64,000 nucleotides of DNA from Octopus bimaculoides. Its lineage: Eukaryota. This document shows positions 53,202 to 64,000 of this stretch, in pieces; the stretch's first letter is position 1; every line of letters begins with the position of its first letter. Under the pieces are notes generated by a model, which saw nothing but the letters and a program-made list of their open reading frames with translations, was not told where the DNA came from and made no database searches. The translations under genes and the position numbers were made by a program. The DNA lies in contig NC_068990.1 in NCBI RefSeq assembly GCF_001194135.2, positions 13,076,040 to 13,140,039 on the forward strand, read 5' to 3'.

Positions 53202-53606
53202 CTGAACATGGTCACTGCCAGTGCCCACTGACTGGCTCCTGTTTTGGTGGCACATAAAAAGCACTGTCCGAACATGGTCAATGCCAAGGCTGCCTGACTG
53301 GCACCTGTGCCAATGGCACTTACAAAGCACAATCGGAATGTGGCCAATGCCAGTGCCCTTCACTGGCTCCCATGCCAGTGGCACATAAAAAGCACAATCG
53401 GAATGTGGCCAATGCCAGTGCCCTTCACTGGCTCCCATGCCAGTGGCACGTAAAAAGAACTATCCAAACGTGATCAATGCCAGGTCCGCCTGACTGGCTC
53501 CTGTGCCGGTGGCAGCCACTAACTTTCCAGCCCTCAGTCAAACTGTCCAACCCATGCCAGCATAGAAAATGGACATTAAACAATGATGATGATGATGATG
53601 ATGATA
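53202..53606 (+). mobile_element. RTE-type 3' UTR with five ~65-bp tandem units and (GAT)n tail
   Basis: aatcggaatgtggcc occurs at 53331 and 53396 (period 65). Tail ccaacccatgccagcatagaaaatggacattaaac. Confidence 0.85.
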
Positions 53607-54205
53607 TATACAAAAAGAAACAGACAGCCAGGTAGAAAGGCAGACAGACAAAGATATTTCAAGTTATATAATACAAACATACACATACACACACACGTAC
53701 ATCATACACATACACGTACATCATACACATATACACACATATATCGCATACATCTATATGTATAATTTCACATAAATTTAATGTTACATGGTAAGGGATA
53801 AAATTGGCTGTAAAACACCTCTTGTAAGTTGGCACCAGCTTTAAGTTGATTAAACTTCTATAATAATTCAATTCTACGGAGTTTCGCATAATTTATTGAT
53901 ATACAGTAACTTAATACTTCTCTGGATCATTGTCCAATATGGATTTAACAGAATGAATATCAAAGCAATGCTCTTCTCCATGGAATTAAACATTAACTTC
54001 GGTTTAACTTTGAGTCTGAAAGCTTCTATGAGGTTTCTGAGACATGTAATTAACTTTTATTCATCATATCTTCAAATTGGAAGAAATTTTGGAATGGCTT
54101 CTACAAGAACAGCATATGAATACATAAAACACTTCATTTTTACCAATTCCCAAAATATTCTCTATTGAGATATGCACTACACAGCTACTGTGTGTGTGTG
54201 TATGT

Positions 54206-54254
<49 letters not shown>

Positions 54255-54501
54255 TACTTACAGAGTATATGCATACACACATATAAAAATGAAATAAGTA
54301 ATTCGTATCGACATGTCCATGGTAATCATGCTTTAACTATAAAATATGAACCTAAGAATGCTAACTGTCAAATCTCCATACTAAAAGTGCATTACAAATT
54401 AACTGTATGTATCGTAATCCCTCCCTCCACTTCTCTCTTTTCCTCTCTCTCGCTCAATGTATATAAAGAAATATCTATCAATTTATTTATCTAGCTACAT
54501 A

Positions 54502-54535
<34 letters not shown>

Positions 54536-54609
54536 CATCCATCCATCCATCCTTCCATCCATCCATCTATCTATATATATAAAAATATATGTATATATAT
54601 ATATGTATG

Positions 54610-54641
<32 letters not shown>

Positions 54642-54759
54642 TACACACACATAATATACTCATGCACACACACGCACACATATATACATACATTTTACAC
54701 ATTCATAAAATACCTATATCTATAAAATTATATAGAATATATATTATACATAATATACT

Positions 54760-54792
<33 letters not shown>

Positions 54793-54796
<4 letters not shown>

Positions 54797-54903
54797 AGAA
54801 TTCACAAAAAAAAAACAAAAGACAAAGACAGGTGTGTAGACAATAAACAGATGTATTAGTATAACGCTTGGAAAGTAAAAAGTCTTTAACATTTCGAGTC
54901 TAT
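54793..54903 (-). mobile_element. 3' half of the 19701 element
   Basis: Reverse complement tagactcgaaatgttaaagact...ctaatacatctgttt...attctcccta, followed by (TA)n. Confidence 0.7.
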
Positions 54904-54909
54904 ATACTG

Positions 54910-55316
54910 TTTGGCTTCTGCACCAGTGGCACATAAATAGCACCATTTGAGCGTAATTGTTACCAGCGTTGCCTTGGTGGCACTTGTGCCGGTGGCACGT
55001 GAAAAGACATTCAAGTGATGTCATTGCCAGTGCCACCAGACCGGCTCCTGTGCAAGTGGCACATAAAATACACCATTTTGAGCGTGGCCATTGCCAGTAC
55101 CACCTGACTGGCCTTCGTGCCGGTGGCACGTAAAAGCACCCACTACACTATGGGAGTGGTTGGCGTTAGGGATGGCATCCAGCTGTAGAAACTCTGCCAA
55201 ATTAGATTGGAGCCTGGCGTAGCCATCTGGTTTACCAGTCCTCAGTCAAGTCGTCCAACCCATGCTAGCATGGAAAGTGGACGTTAAATGAGGATGATGA
55301 TGATGATGATGATAAT
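54910..55316 (+). mobile_element. RTE-type 3' UTR with about four tandem units
   Basis: Four gtggcac-containing units, then the common 3' segment and (GAT)n. Confidence 0.85.
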
Positions 55317-55375
55317 GACTGCTCTACATCTTAGAGTGTGCTTCTTCTTTTGGATTTATGTTTTTTTTACAGACG

Positions 55376-55424
<49 letters not shown>

Positions 55425-56244
55425 TGTGTGTGTGTCTTTGTGACTGTGTTTGTTCCTCACCATCACTTGAGAACTGGTGTTAGTGTGCGGATATCCTCGT
55501 AACTTAGTGGTCCAGCATAAGAGACCAGTCGAATAAGTACCAGACTTTAAAAAAATATGAGTTCTGGGATCAATCCAACTAAAATTCTTCAAGGCAGTGC
55601 CCTAGCATGGCTACAGCCTGATAAATGACACAAGTAAATGAATAAAAAAATATATATATTACGCCTGAAGAGGAAAAGACCAAATTTTGTTTAGGCATAT
55701 ATATATATACAATGTATATAAAACATATTACTAATCAGACAGTAGTCAAAAGATTTAAGCTGTCTTTTCTGAATGAAAAATGAATGAATTCATAATTTTG
55801 GGCAACACCAACAGACTGGACAATCTAATTTTTTTATTTTGTTCTTTCTTTTTTTTTTTTGTATAATTTCCTTAAGCCTAAAAAGCTGCAGAATGTCGAG
55901 AGATCTATTGGGTAGTGTCTTTGATATCAGATGTTTGTCATAATGTTACGCACTACACATTGTTTAGCTGCTGCAGCTGTCAGGTAGGCTTAATGCAAAA
56001 CTATCAATATTCTTTGAATTTTCCACTAATGTGAACTGACCAGTTGTTGTGATTTAGCCCGAGATCATGTCTGATTAAGCAGAAATATGATCAAATACAT
56101 TCCAGCCATGCCTATCCTGACTTTTTGTGGTATGTAGGATCATGTAGTGGCTCATTATTCAACATGTCCTTCAATTTTCAAAGATGGCAGGGTGAGATTT
56201 GACTATTCTTTCTTGTAGATAAGCTTCCAGTTTGTTTTTATGAA

Positions 56245-56650
56245 TGTGTAGTAAGTAGCTTGCTTACAAACCACATGGTTCAGGGTTCGGTCCCACTGCA
56301 TGGCACCTTGGGCAGGTGTCTTCTACTATAGCCTCGGGCCAACCAAAGCCTTGTGAATGGATTTGGTAGATGGAAACTGAAAGAAGCCGTCGTATATATG
56401 TGTATATATATGTATGTATGTGTGTGTGTATACGTTTGTGCATCTGTGTTTGTCCCCACCAACATCGCTTGACGATCGGTGCTGGTGTATTTATGTCACT
56501 GTAACTTAGCAGTTCGGCAAAAGAGACCGATAGAATAGGTACTAGGCTTACAAAGAATAAGACCTGGGGTCGATTTGCTCGACTAAAGGCGGTGCTCCAG
56601 CATGGCCACAGTCAAATGACTGAAACAGGTAAAAGAGTAAAGAGTAAAAG
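56245..56650 (+). mobile_element. SINE family A, well preserved, (AAGAGTA)n tail
   Basis: Used here as the reference copy. Confidence 0.9.
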
Positions 56651-57114
56651 TGTATTTCTGCTCTAATACACTTTATATGTCTTCATCAGTACTAAATTAA
56701 CCATTATGCTAAATAAGTATGTGCTTAGGGCTTCACAGGAAGTGGTACAACAGTGTAAGAGTTAGCTTTGAGATATACTTAGATTGTAATTTCTGCAATG
56801 TGATGCATAAATTGTCATGTAAAGGAAAGGCATCTTTGCCACCACTGAATCAGTCGCAAAGTGTTATTTTGAGTAAAGTTATTTGGTTGCAGACCTCCCT
56901 TGAGTCTTTCTATTATCACTGGGTCAGATATACCACCATTGCCACTTGTGTGCATGGGTGTATACAGTTACCATATTTCATTCCATAAGAGCTACCTCTG
57001 GTGAGCACAGGGTTACATTATCGACTTGTTACCTAACACTCTGTTGAATCCCTAGTGTGAAACTGATTGGTAAGATTGGCCATAATGGATGTATAATACT
57101 GTACACTTTGATTA

Positions 57115-57184
<70 letters not shown>

Positions 57185-57742
57185 GTAATCTTCTATTTTT
57201 TACTTGTTTCAGTTATTACACTCCAGCCATGCTGGAGCACCACCTTGAAGACCCCAGCACTTGTTAATTTTTGAAACTTGGTACTTATTCTATCAGTTTC
57301 TTTTTCTGAACCATTAAGTTATGGGGACATAATCAAACCAACACCAGTTATGAAGTGGTGTAGTGGGGAAACAAACACTGACACAAATATATATTTATAT
57401 ATATATATTTGCCAACACATCTCTTCATACACTCAGTGGCTACCACTAACTCCAGGCTGTAACAGACAGATAGGATGCTCTTGAAGCTGAGAATTTGAAC
57501 TTACAGAGACAATATTTATATAACACCTGAGGAAACACAACTAGATCTCATAATGCAAAGAAACGGTTGCATAATCAAGTACCTGCAAGCCTGGAGAACT
57601 ACGTTATGTAGAAACAATTTCAGTGATCACAAATAAGTGTCCAACCATATTTCTTCTTGTTGACTCCAACTTTTCCAATTATATATATAATTGGAACCTG
57701 CGAATTCATGGAAAACAAACTTCAACCAACTATTCTGACTAT

Positions 57743-57954
57743 ATGTCTGTGCACACGTTTGAATGTGGTGTATGCCAGAAGGCTTGCAAATCCAATGGGG
57801 GTCTTAAAAAACATATTAAGATCCACAATGAGCAGAACTTACCTGCAGGTATTGGTAGTTCAAATCAAAGGTGCAATCTGTGTGGGTGTTTTTTTCCAGA
57901 ACATTGTCTGGTTTAAAAAGCCACATCAGACGCCATGAGGGGACTAACTTGTAG
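57743..57954 (+). pseudogene. Decayed tandem C2H2 zinc fingers, probably the C-terminus of a LINE ORF
   Basis: FECGVCQKACKSNGGLKKHIKIH (C-x2-C-x12-H-x3-H), then RCNLCGCF and, after a frameshift in a T run, SRTLSGLKSHIRRHEGTNL*. (TA)n begins about 45 nt later. Confidence 0.7.
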
Positions 57955-58499
57955 GTACAAGAGATGGTCAAACTCTGTGTAAGGAGTAGACAACCACCTT
58001 GTATATATATATATATATATACATCCAGAAAGCTGCTCCCTTATTTATGTACACATATATATGTATAAATCTTTGAGTGTGAAAGTATAATGTAATTTTG
58101 AATGTGTGCAGTCATCTGGTATATGTGCATGTATGCACATGGCTGCAACTTCTTAAATTCCCCCAATGCTCCTCTATGTGCATACTGACATATACTGACA
58201 TTTCTAAGCTTATAAATCTATAATATATAATTTCTGTTAGACCAACTTCCAGATTATACTAGACTCTGGATATAAAAGATACTATTAGTTTAAACCAATA
58301 CTATCTTTTTATATCATATTCTTTAAAAGTATAACCAGAAAAGAGAAGTAGTTATTTCTGTCAATGGTATTGATAGATTTAGTTTTATTGATATTATTAC
58401 TACATTTGTTTTTGCTTTTTGTATTCAAATTATTTTACTGCTCTTGCGGCATCAAGAAAAAATATTGCATTGCATTCTATGTCTTTTATTCTTGATCTT

Positions 58500-58880
58500 T
58501 TACTTGTTTTAGTCATTAAACCATGGTCATGCTGGGGCACTGCCTTAGTCAAATGTATCTACCCCAGTGCTTATTATTTTAAAGCCTGGTACTTATTCTA
58601 TCAGTCTATTTTGCCAAACTGCATCAGTTGTCATTCAATGGTAGTGGCAGTGGTGGGGAACAAACACAGATATAAAGATAGACAAACACACACACGCACA
58701 CACACATACTTATATACGATGGGTTTCTTTCAGTTTCTGTCTACCAAATCCACTCACATGGCTTTGGTTGGCTTGAGGCTATAGAAGAATACACTTGTTC
58801 AAGGTGTCATGCAGTGGGACTGAACCCTGAATCATGTGGTTGGTGAGCAAGCTACTTACCACACAGCCATTCCTGCACCT
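58500..58880 (-). mobile_element. SINE family A
   Basis: Reverse complement of both monomers. Confidence 0.8.
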
Positions 58881-58939
58881 ATTTTTTTTTTCTGCATGTT
58901 CACCTATTGGATTTTATTTCGAACCCCAAAATATGACAT

Positions 58940-59290
58940 CACTGCTGCAGTAACTCTCTGCAAGAAGCTCTACTCACAAGACATCTAAGATGGCTTGGCC
59001 ATACTCTCCATTTTCCTCCACAAAAACTCACTCATGAGGTAGTCAACCTGACTCCCCTCCCAGGTGGGCACAAGTGAGCTGAAGGACAAATGAAAATGTA
59101 GTTAGTGACAGCAAAGGCAGATGTGAAAGCACAATTGCTCCCACCACCTCAGTCTATGGTCTTCAGCAGTGGAACCAGGAGTGAGTATCCATTGCAGCCT
59201 CAATTGTGGTCAGCACTTGTGAGGGATTTGGTGAACTTATTGGTCGAAGACAACTCAACCCACTCCTGGTGAATGCCACCATACGTATAT
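58940..59290 (+). mobile_element. RTE-clade LINE 3' fossil
   Basis: LQEALLTRHLRWLGHTLHFPPQKLTHEVVNLTPLPGGHK*AEGQMKM*LVTAKADV contains the RLRWxGH motif. Confidence 0.7.
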
Positions 59291-59889
59291 GTATAAATTG
59301 TACATGCAACTTAAGACTGTTTAGGTTGGTCACTGATTGTGATTTAAAAAGCTTCTGTTATTTCATTCATTTTGGATGACTTTGCAGTTACTCTCTTGAG
59401 GTCAACAAAACAAGCATTAAACTGCAGTTGATATCCGCATGAAAGAAAGTGGACATTAGTAAAACCTCCTTGAAGATGATTTTGTTGTATGTGTATTGTT
59501 TAATGACTAAAACCTGTAAAAGAATATAAGTACTTGAATAATGAGTTTTGTAGCTTTTTTAAAATTTTTATTTAGTATCAACAATTGTCATGATGCTCTG
59601 CGAACATCCATGACATAACAAAGAATTTATATCTTTTAAGAGAGAGAGAGAGAGAGATTCCCAATCAATGTCTGGAATCTTCTTAACATTGAATATTTAA
59701 TATCTGAAATGATAAAGATAAAAATCAATTTGAAGTCTACTTCTTCATAGAACAAGTATGTAGCTGCAAAAATAGCAAAAATCTGTCTGAAGATGATAGA
59801 TATTAGACCAGTTCTTGGTGTCAATTCTAGTCATTTTTTTAGGATCATTGAAATACAGTAGCACTAATTTAAATTGATCTTTAATCTTC

Positions 59890-60265
59890 TTTTACTTGTT
59901 TCAGTCACTGGACTGCGGCCATGCTGGAGCATTGCTTTGAAAGATTTTAGTCAAACAAATCTACCTTAGTAGTTGATTTTAAGTTTGGTACTTATTCTAT
60001 CTGGGGTGTTTTTGTTTGTTTTTTTTTGCTGGGCTGCTAAGTTACACAGATGTAAACAAATCAACACCTGTTGGCAAGCAGTGGGGTGGTGACAAACATA
60101 CATATATACTATGGGCTTCCACACAGTTTCTGTCTATGAAATCCACTCACAAGGCATTAGTCAATTAAGGGCTACAGTAGAAGACTTTTGCCCAAGGTGT
60201 TGTGCAGTTGGACAGAACCCAAAACCACATGACTACCAAATGTGTTTCTTAACCACACAGCCCTG
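59890..60265 (-). mobile_element. SINE family A, degenerate
   Basis: ttttacttgtttcagtcactggactgcggccatgctggagc...ttaaccacacagcc. Confidence 0.75.
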
Positions 60266-60410
60266 TCTGAGCCCATATATAAAAAAAAATAATTTCTGCA
60301 GTTTGGTCAAAGGGATAAAAGGCAAAATCCCTAATTTTTTTACTGCTATTTACTGCACCAAGATAGTGGTGTTGAACCATTTCATGGTTTCTGTCTCCCA
60401 CAAAGTAACT

Positions 60411-60637
60411 TTAACCCTTTAGCCTTTAAGGTGGCCATATCTGGCCCAAATATGCTACCTATTTTGTGTTCAAACAAACCACATCTTGCCTATCACACCT
60501 ACCCATCAATGCTGTTATAAAATACACAATCCCATCATCAAAATTTCAAAACTACAAAATAATGCATGATTAATTAAAAACAATGAGTATGAAAAATAGT
60601 TACATTCGACCAAGTAAACTGAATGCTAAAGGGTTAA
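60411..60637. mobile_element. piggyBac-type MITE (second family; a right-half copy ends at about 46598)
   Basis: TTAA-ccctttagc ... gctaaaggg-TTAA. Confidence 0.8.
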
Positions 60638-61124
60638 TCTCAGGGCTACTTGTTAGAATTTCAATCTTTCTTCACAGATATTTTCCTGTCATACCTCATA
60701 ACACTCTAATAATAGTACAGAAAAGAAAATGTCTTAATAATTTCATATCTACTTCGAAACAGCTTTCAAAGAAATAGCTTCTATTGTTACTTGAAATGTG
60801 TGAATATTAATTGAGAATAGCAAAGAAATAATTCTAAAACAATTTCTCAAGAATCAAGCTAAGCAGTAGTTGCACTTATTGGTTTTGTTCGACATGTATT
60901 TTGTCAACATATTTCAAAATCCATCCAATTTAATAACTGGATGGATGTTATTGTATATGATACTGAAAGTACATTAATCCTCCTGAATTACAAGTTCTGA
61001 ATCCCAGAAGGATTTTACATAGAAATGTAAAATAAACATGAAACATACAATGCCATCGAGAGGAATGCTACCTGCCTTCAATGTAATAACTATTGCAGAA
61101 ATTGAGTGAAGCATATCACAATAC

Positions 61125-61169
<45 letters not shown>

Positions 61170-61880
61170 AATATCTTCTAAGCTTATGTAGAGTAATGAA
61201 TTTGTGTGCTGGATACTTTAATGGAAATTTGATGGAATTATTTCATGTTGTAGTAACTTGAATATCACAAGAAAGAGTTGTTTTAGGTGAAGTTACAAGC
61301 TTTAAATATAAACTCGCAGCATTGATCTTGACTAGATACTTTTATGATACTACACGCCACTAAATAGTTGTCATTTTGTGCAGACCATCCATTAGCATGA
61401 TGAATATCATTTGCTAGTTCACATTAAAATTAGCATTATTATTTTTTTATTTCAAAGTTTGTTTCCATAATGTCTAAACTCCAAAAATAGCCTTTTTCCT
61501 GAAAAATTTGATTTAACTGTGGGTGAAATATTGAAACATATCATTAAGGTAGGGCATCACCTTGTCAACATGAATTTATTTGACTGCGGTAAAGGTTAAG
61601 CATTATAAATTAGGTAATTGAAGGCAATGTGAGCATTCCAATGTGCTAAGCAAGCATAACTCCAAATAATCCAGCAATATACAATACCTGACATCTCTGT
61701 TTAGTAATATGCCTCCTGGTTAATCAAAATTAAATAATTATATTTGGCATTCAATAAAAAAGTTTTATTGATATATTTCAATCATATAAGCAGACCTACC
61801 AATATGTACAGTCATATAAAATTAGTGATGCTGTTAAATACACACCTATACCTACAAATGTGCTCTAGCATGACCACAAC

Positions 61881-61898
61881 CAGAGTTTCTACAGCTGG

Positions 61899-61958
<60 letters not shown>

Positions 61959-61976
61959 CCAGCTGTAGAAACTCTG
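61881..61976. repeat. 96-bp perfect palindrome
   Basis: cagagtttctacagctggatgcca (24 nt) + (TA)24 + tggcatccagctgtagaaactctg. Confidence 0.9.
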
Positions 61977-62085
61977 CCAAATTAGACTGGAGCCTGGTGT
62001 AGCCATCTGGTTCACCAGTCCTCAGTCAAATCGTCCAACCCATGCTAGCATGGAAAGCGGACGTTAAACGATCATGATGATGATA
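61953..62085 (+). mobile_element. 5'-truncated RTE-type 3' UTR
   Basis: ggcatccagctgtagaaactctgcc...ggaaagcggacgttaaacgatcatgatg. Confidence 0.85.
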
Positions 62086-63769
62086 TATATATGCATGTAT
62101 GTATATATGTGTGTGTGTATATGTGTGTGTGTGCGTATATGTGTGTGTGTACATGTATGTATGTAATTTCCATATTAGCAAATAGCACATTTCAAAAAGA
62201 AGTTTTCTACATTAGTCTACAGTGTGTCTGTAGGTTTGTTTATTTCAAAAAGAATTAGGTACTTTGTTTTTTCTATGTTAACAGAAGTGTGTTGGGTTAG
62301 AAAGTGACTGACTTAATATCAAAAAAGCAAGGTCATCAGACATACAATGATCAAAGGTTGTTTTATATTAAATAAAACAAATTGCATAGAGTGTAGCCAG
62401 AGATTTGGAATTAAATATATTTGATTTGAAATTAGATATATATATAAAATGGAATTGGATGGACTTTATCATTAAAATTGTTTTAGTTATATTAATAATA
62501 TATATATATATATANNNNNNNNNNNNNNNNNNNNNNNNNNNNNNNNNNNNNNNNNNNNNNNNNNNNNNNNNNNNNNNNNNNNNNNNNNNNNNNNNNNNNN
62601 NNNNNNNNNNNNNNNNNNNNNNNNNNNNNNNNNNNNNNNNNNNNNNNNNNNNNNNNNNNNNNNNNNNNNNNNNNNNNNNNNNNNNNNNNNNNNNNNNNNN
62701 NNNNNNNNNNNNNNNNNNNNNNNNNNNNNNNNNNNNNNNNNNNNNNNNNNNNNNNNNNNNNNNNNNNNNNNNNNNNNNNNNNNNNNNNNNNNNNNNNNNN
62801 NNNNNNNNNNNNNNNNNNNNNNNNNNNNNNNNNNNNNNNNNNNNNNNNNNNNNNNNNNNNNNNNNNNNNNNNNNNNNNNNNNNNNNNNNNNNNNNNNNNN
62901 NNNNNNNNNNNNNNNNNNNNNNNNNNNNNNNNNNNNNNNNNNNNNNNNNNNNNNNNNNNNNNNNNNNNNNNNNNNNNNNNNNNNNNNNNNNNNNNNNNNN
63001 NNNNNNNNNNNNNNNNNNNNNNNNNNNNNNNNNNNNNNNNNNNNNNNNNNNNNNNNNNNNNNNNNNNNNNNNNNNNNNNNNNNNNNNNNNNNNNNNNNNN
63101 NNNNNNNNNNNNNNNNNNNNNNNNNNNNNNNNNNNNNNNNNNNNNNNNNNNNNNNNNNNNNNNNNNNNNNNNNNNNNNNNNNNNNNNNNNNNNNNNNNNN
63201 NNNNNNNNNNNNNNNNNNNNNNNNNNNNNNNNNNNNNNNNNNNNNNNNNNNNNNNNNNNNNNNNNNNNNNNNNNNNNNNNNNNNNNNNNNNNNNNNNNNN
63301 NNNNNNNNNNNTATATATGGTTGTATATGTATACATGCATATTTTTAACTTCCATATCACAATTTCATTTTCAGCTCTCTCTTATTCTTTATCATAATTT
63401 ATAATATTTCAGCTGTTTTTTTTTTTTTCTTTCTTCACTCTCCAAAATTATTTCATTAATTTATGCAGGTGCAAATATAATTAATTAACTTGTGACAGCG
63501 TCAAATTTCAGAAGATTCTTGCTAATTGCCGTATCTAAATGATATTTTCCTTTGCTATTTTCCATGTCTGTCTACTCTACATTGGTCTCTATTCTGCAGT
63601 CCACCCTTTTCTGTTTTCTATTTCTTTGTCCATTTATAGTTAAATACACATTTAAGCTCACATATATATGTGCATGTGTCTGTGTAAGTATATTTCAGGC
63701 ACACATACATGTATACACACACGTATATACATACATATTTGTAAATAGAATAGTAAGCTTTCTACGTGG

Positions 63770-64000
63770 CCGATGCTAGTACCCCCTGACTGACGCCTGT
63801 GCTGGTGGCATGTAAAAAGCACCATCCGAATGTGGCCAATGCCAGTACCCTCTGACTGGCCCCCATGCCAGTTACATGTAAAAAGCACTACCCGAATATG
63901 ATTGATGCTAGGCTCGCCTGACTGGCTCCTGTGCCAGTGGCACGTAAAATGCACCCACTACATTCTCGGAGTGGTTGGCATTAGGAAGGGCATCCAGCTG
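63770..64000 (+). mobile_element. RTE-type 3' UTR with three tandem units, running off the window
   Basis: Same units and 3' segment as 53202 and 54910. Confidence 0.85.

Noticed and set aside
53202-53520. CRISPR-like periodic palindromic array
   Set aside because: Whole units are homologous with no unique spacers, there are no cas genes, and the array is part of a eukaryotic retroelement UTR.
17891-55700. Other CTGANGA hits (about 3106, 17891, 24686, 32550, 50376, 55665)
   Set aside because: None has a correctly placed GAAA and a matching stem I.
8420-63397. Long ORFs in the track (up to 452 aa)
   Set aside because: They consist of N gaps (X) and dinucleotide repeats (YIYI, HTHT, CVCV) and carry no coding information.

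Overview
AT-rich animal genomic DNA, very rich in microsatellites and SINEs, with many N gaps. The repeat families and (TA)/(CA)/(GATA) density suggest a cephalopod, probably Octopus (inference, no database check). No complete protein-coding gene is visible. Nearly all long ORFs in the track are artefacts of N gaps or dinucleotide repeats. The window is intronic or intergenic, with at most a few candidate small exons, the best being 913-1008 (+). Recognisable content: about 20 copies or halves of a bipartite tRNA-derived SINE (family A) and several copies of a second SINE (family B) that shares a 3' module with A. There are also fossil LINE fragments (CR1-like, RTE-like, and an R4/Dong-like restriction-like endonuclease domain), RTE 3' UTR copies with a variable number of ~65-bp tandem units, mariner/Tc1 and piggyBac-type MITEs, and a decayed double C2H2 zinc finger. 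The most notable signal is a set of five short type I hammerhead-ribozyme (HHR) motifs at 9137, 19758, 37125, 43378 and 51086-51428, typical of Penelope-like retroelement ends and each near TA-rich microsatellite. At 51086-51428 the two halves lie on opposite strands and would be rejoined by inverting the segment between a 60-bp inverted repeat. All structures were read by eye, and repeat boundaries are approximate unless stated.
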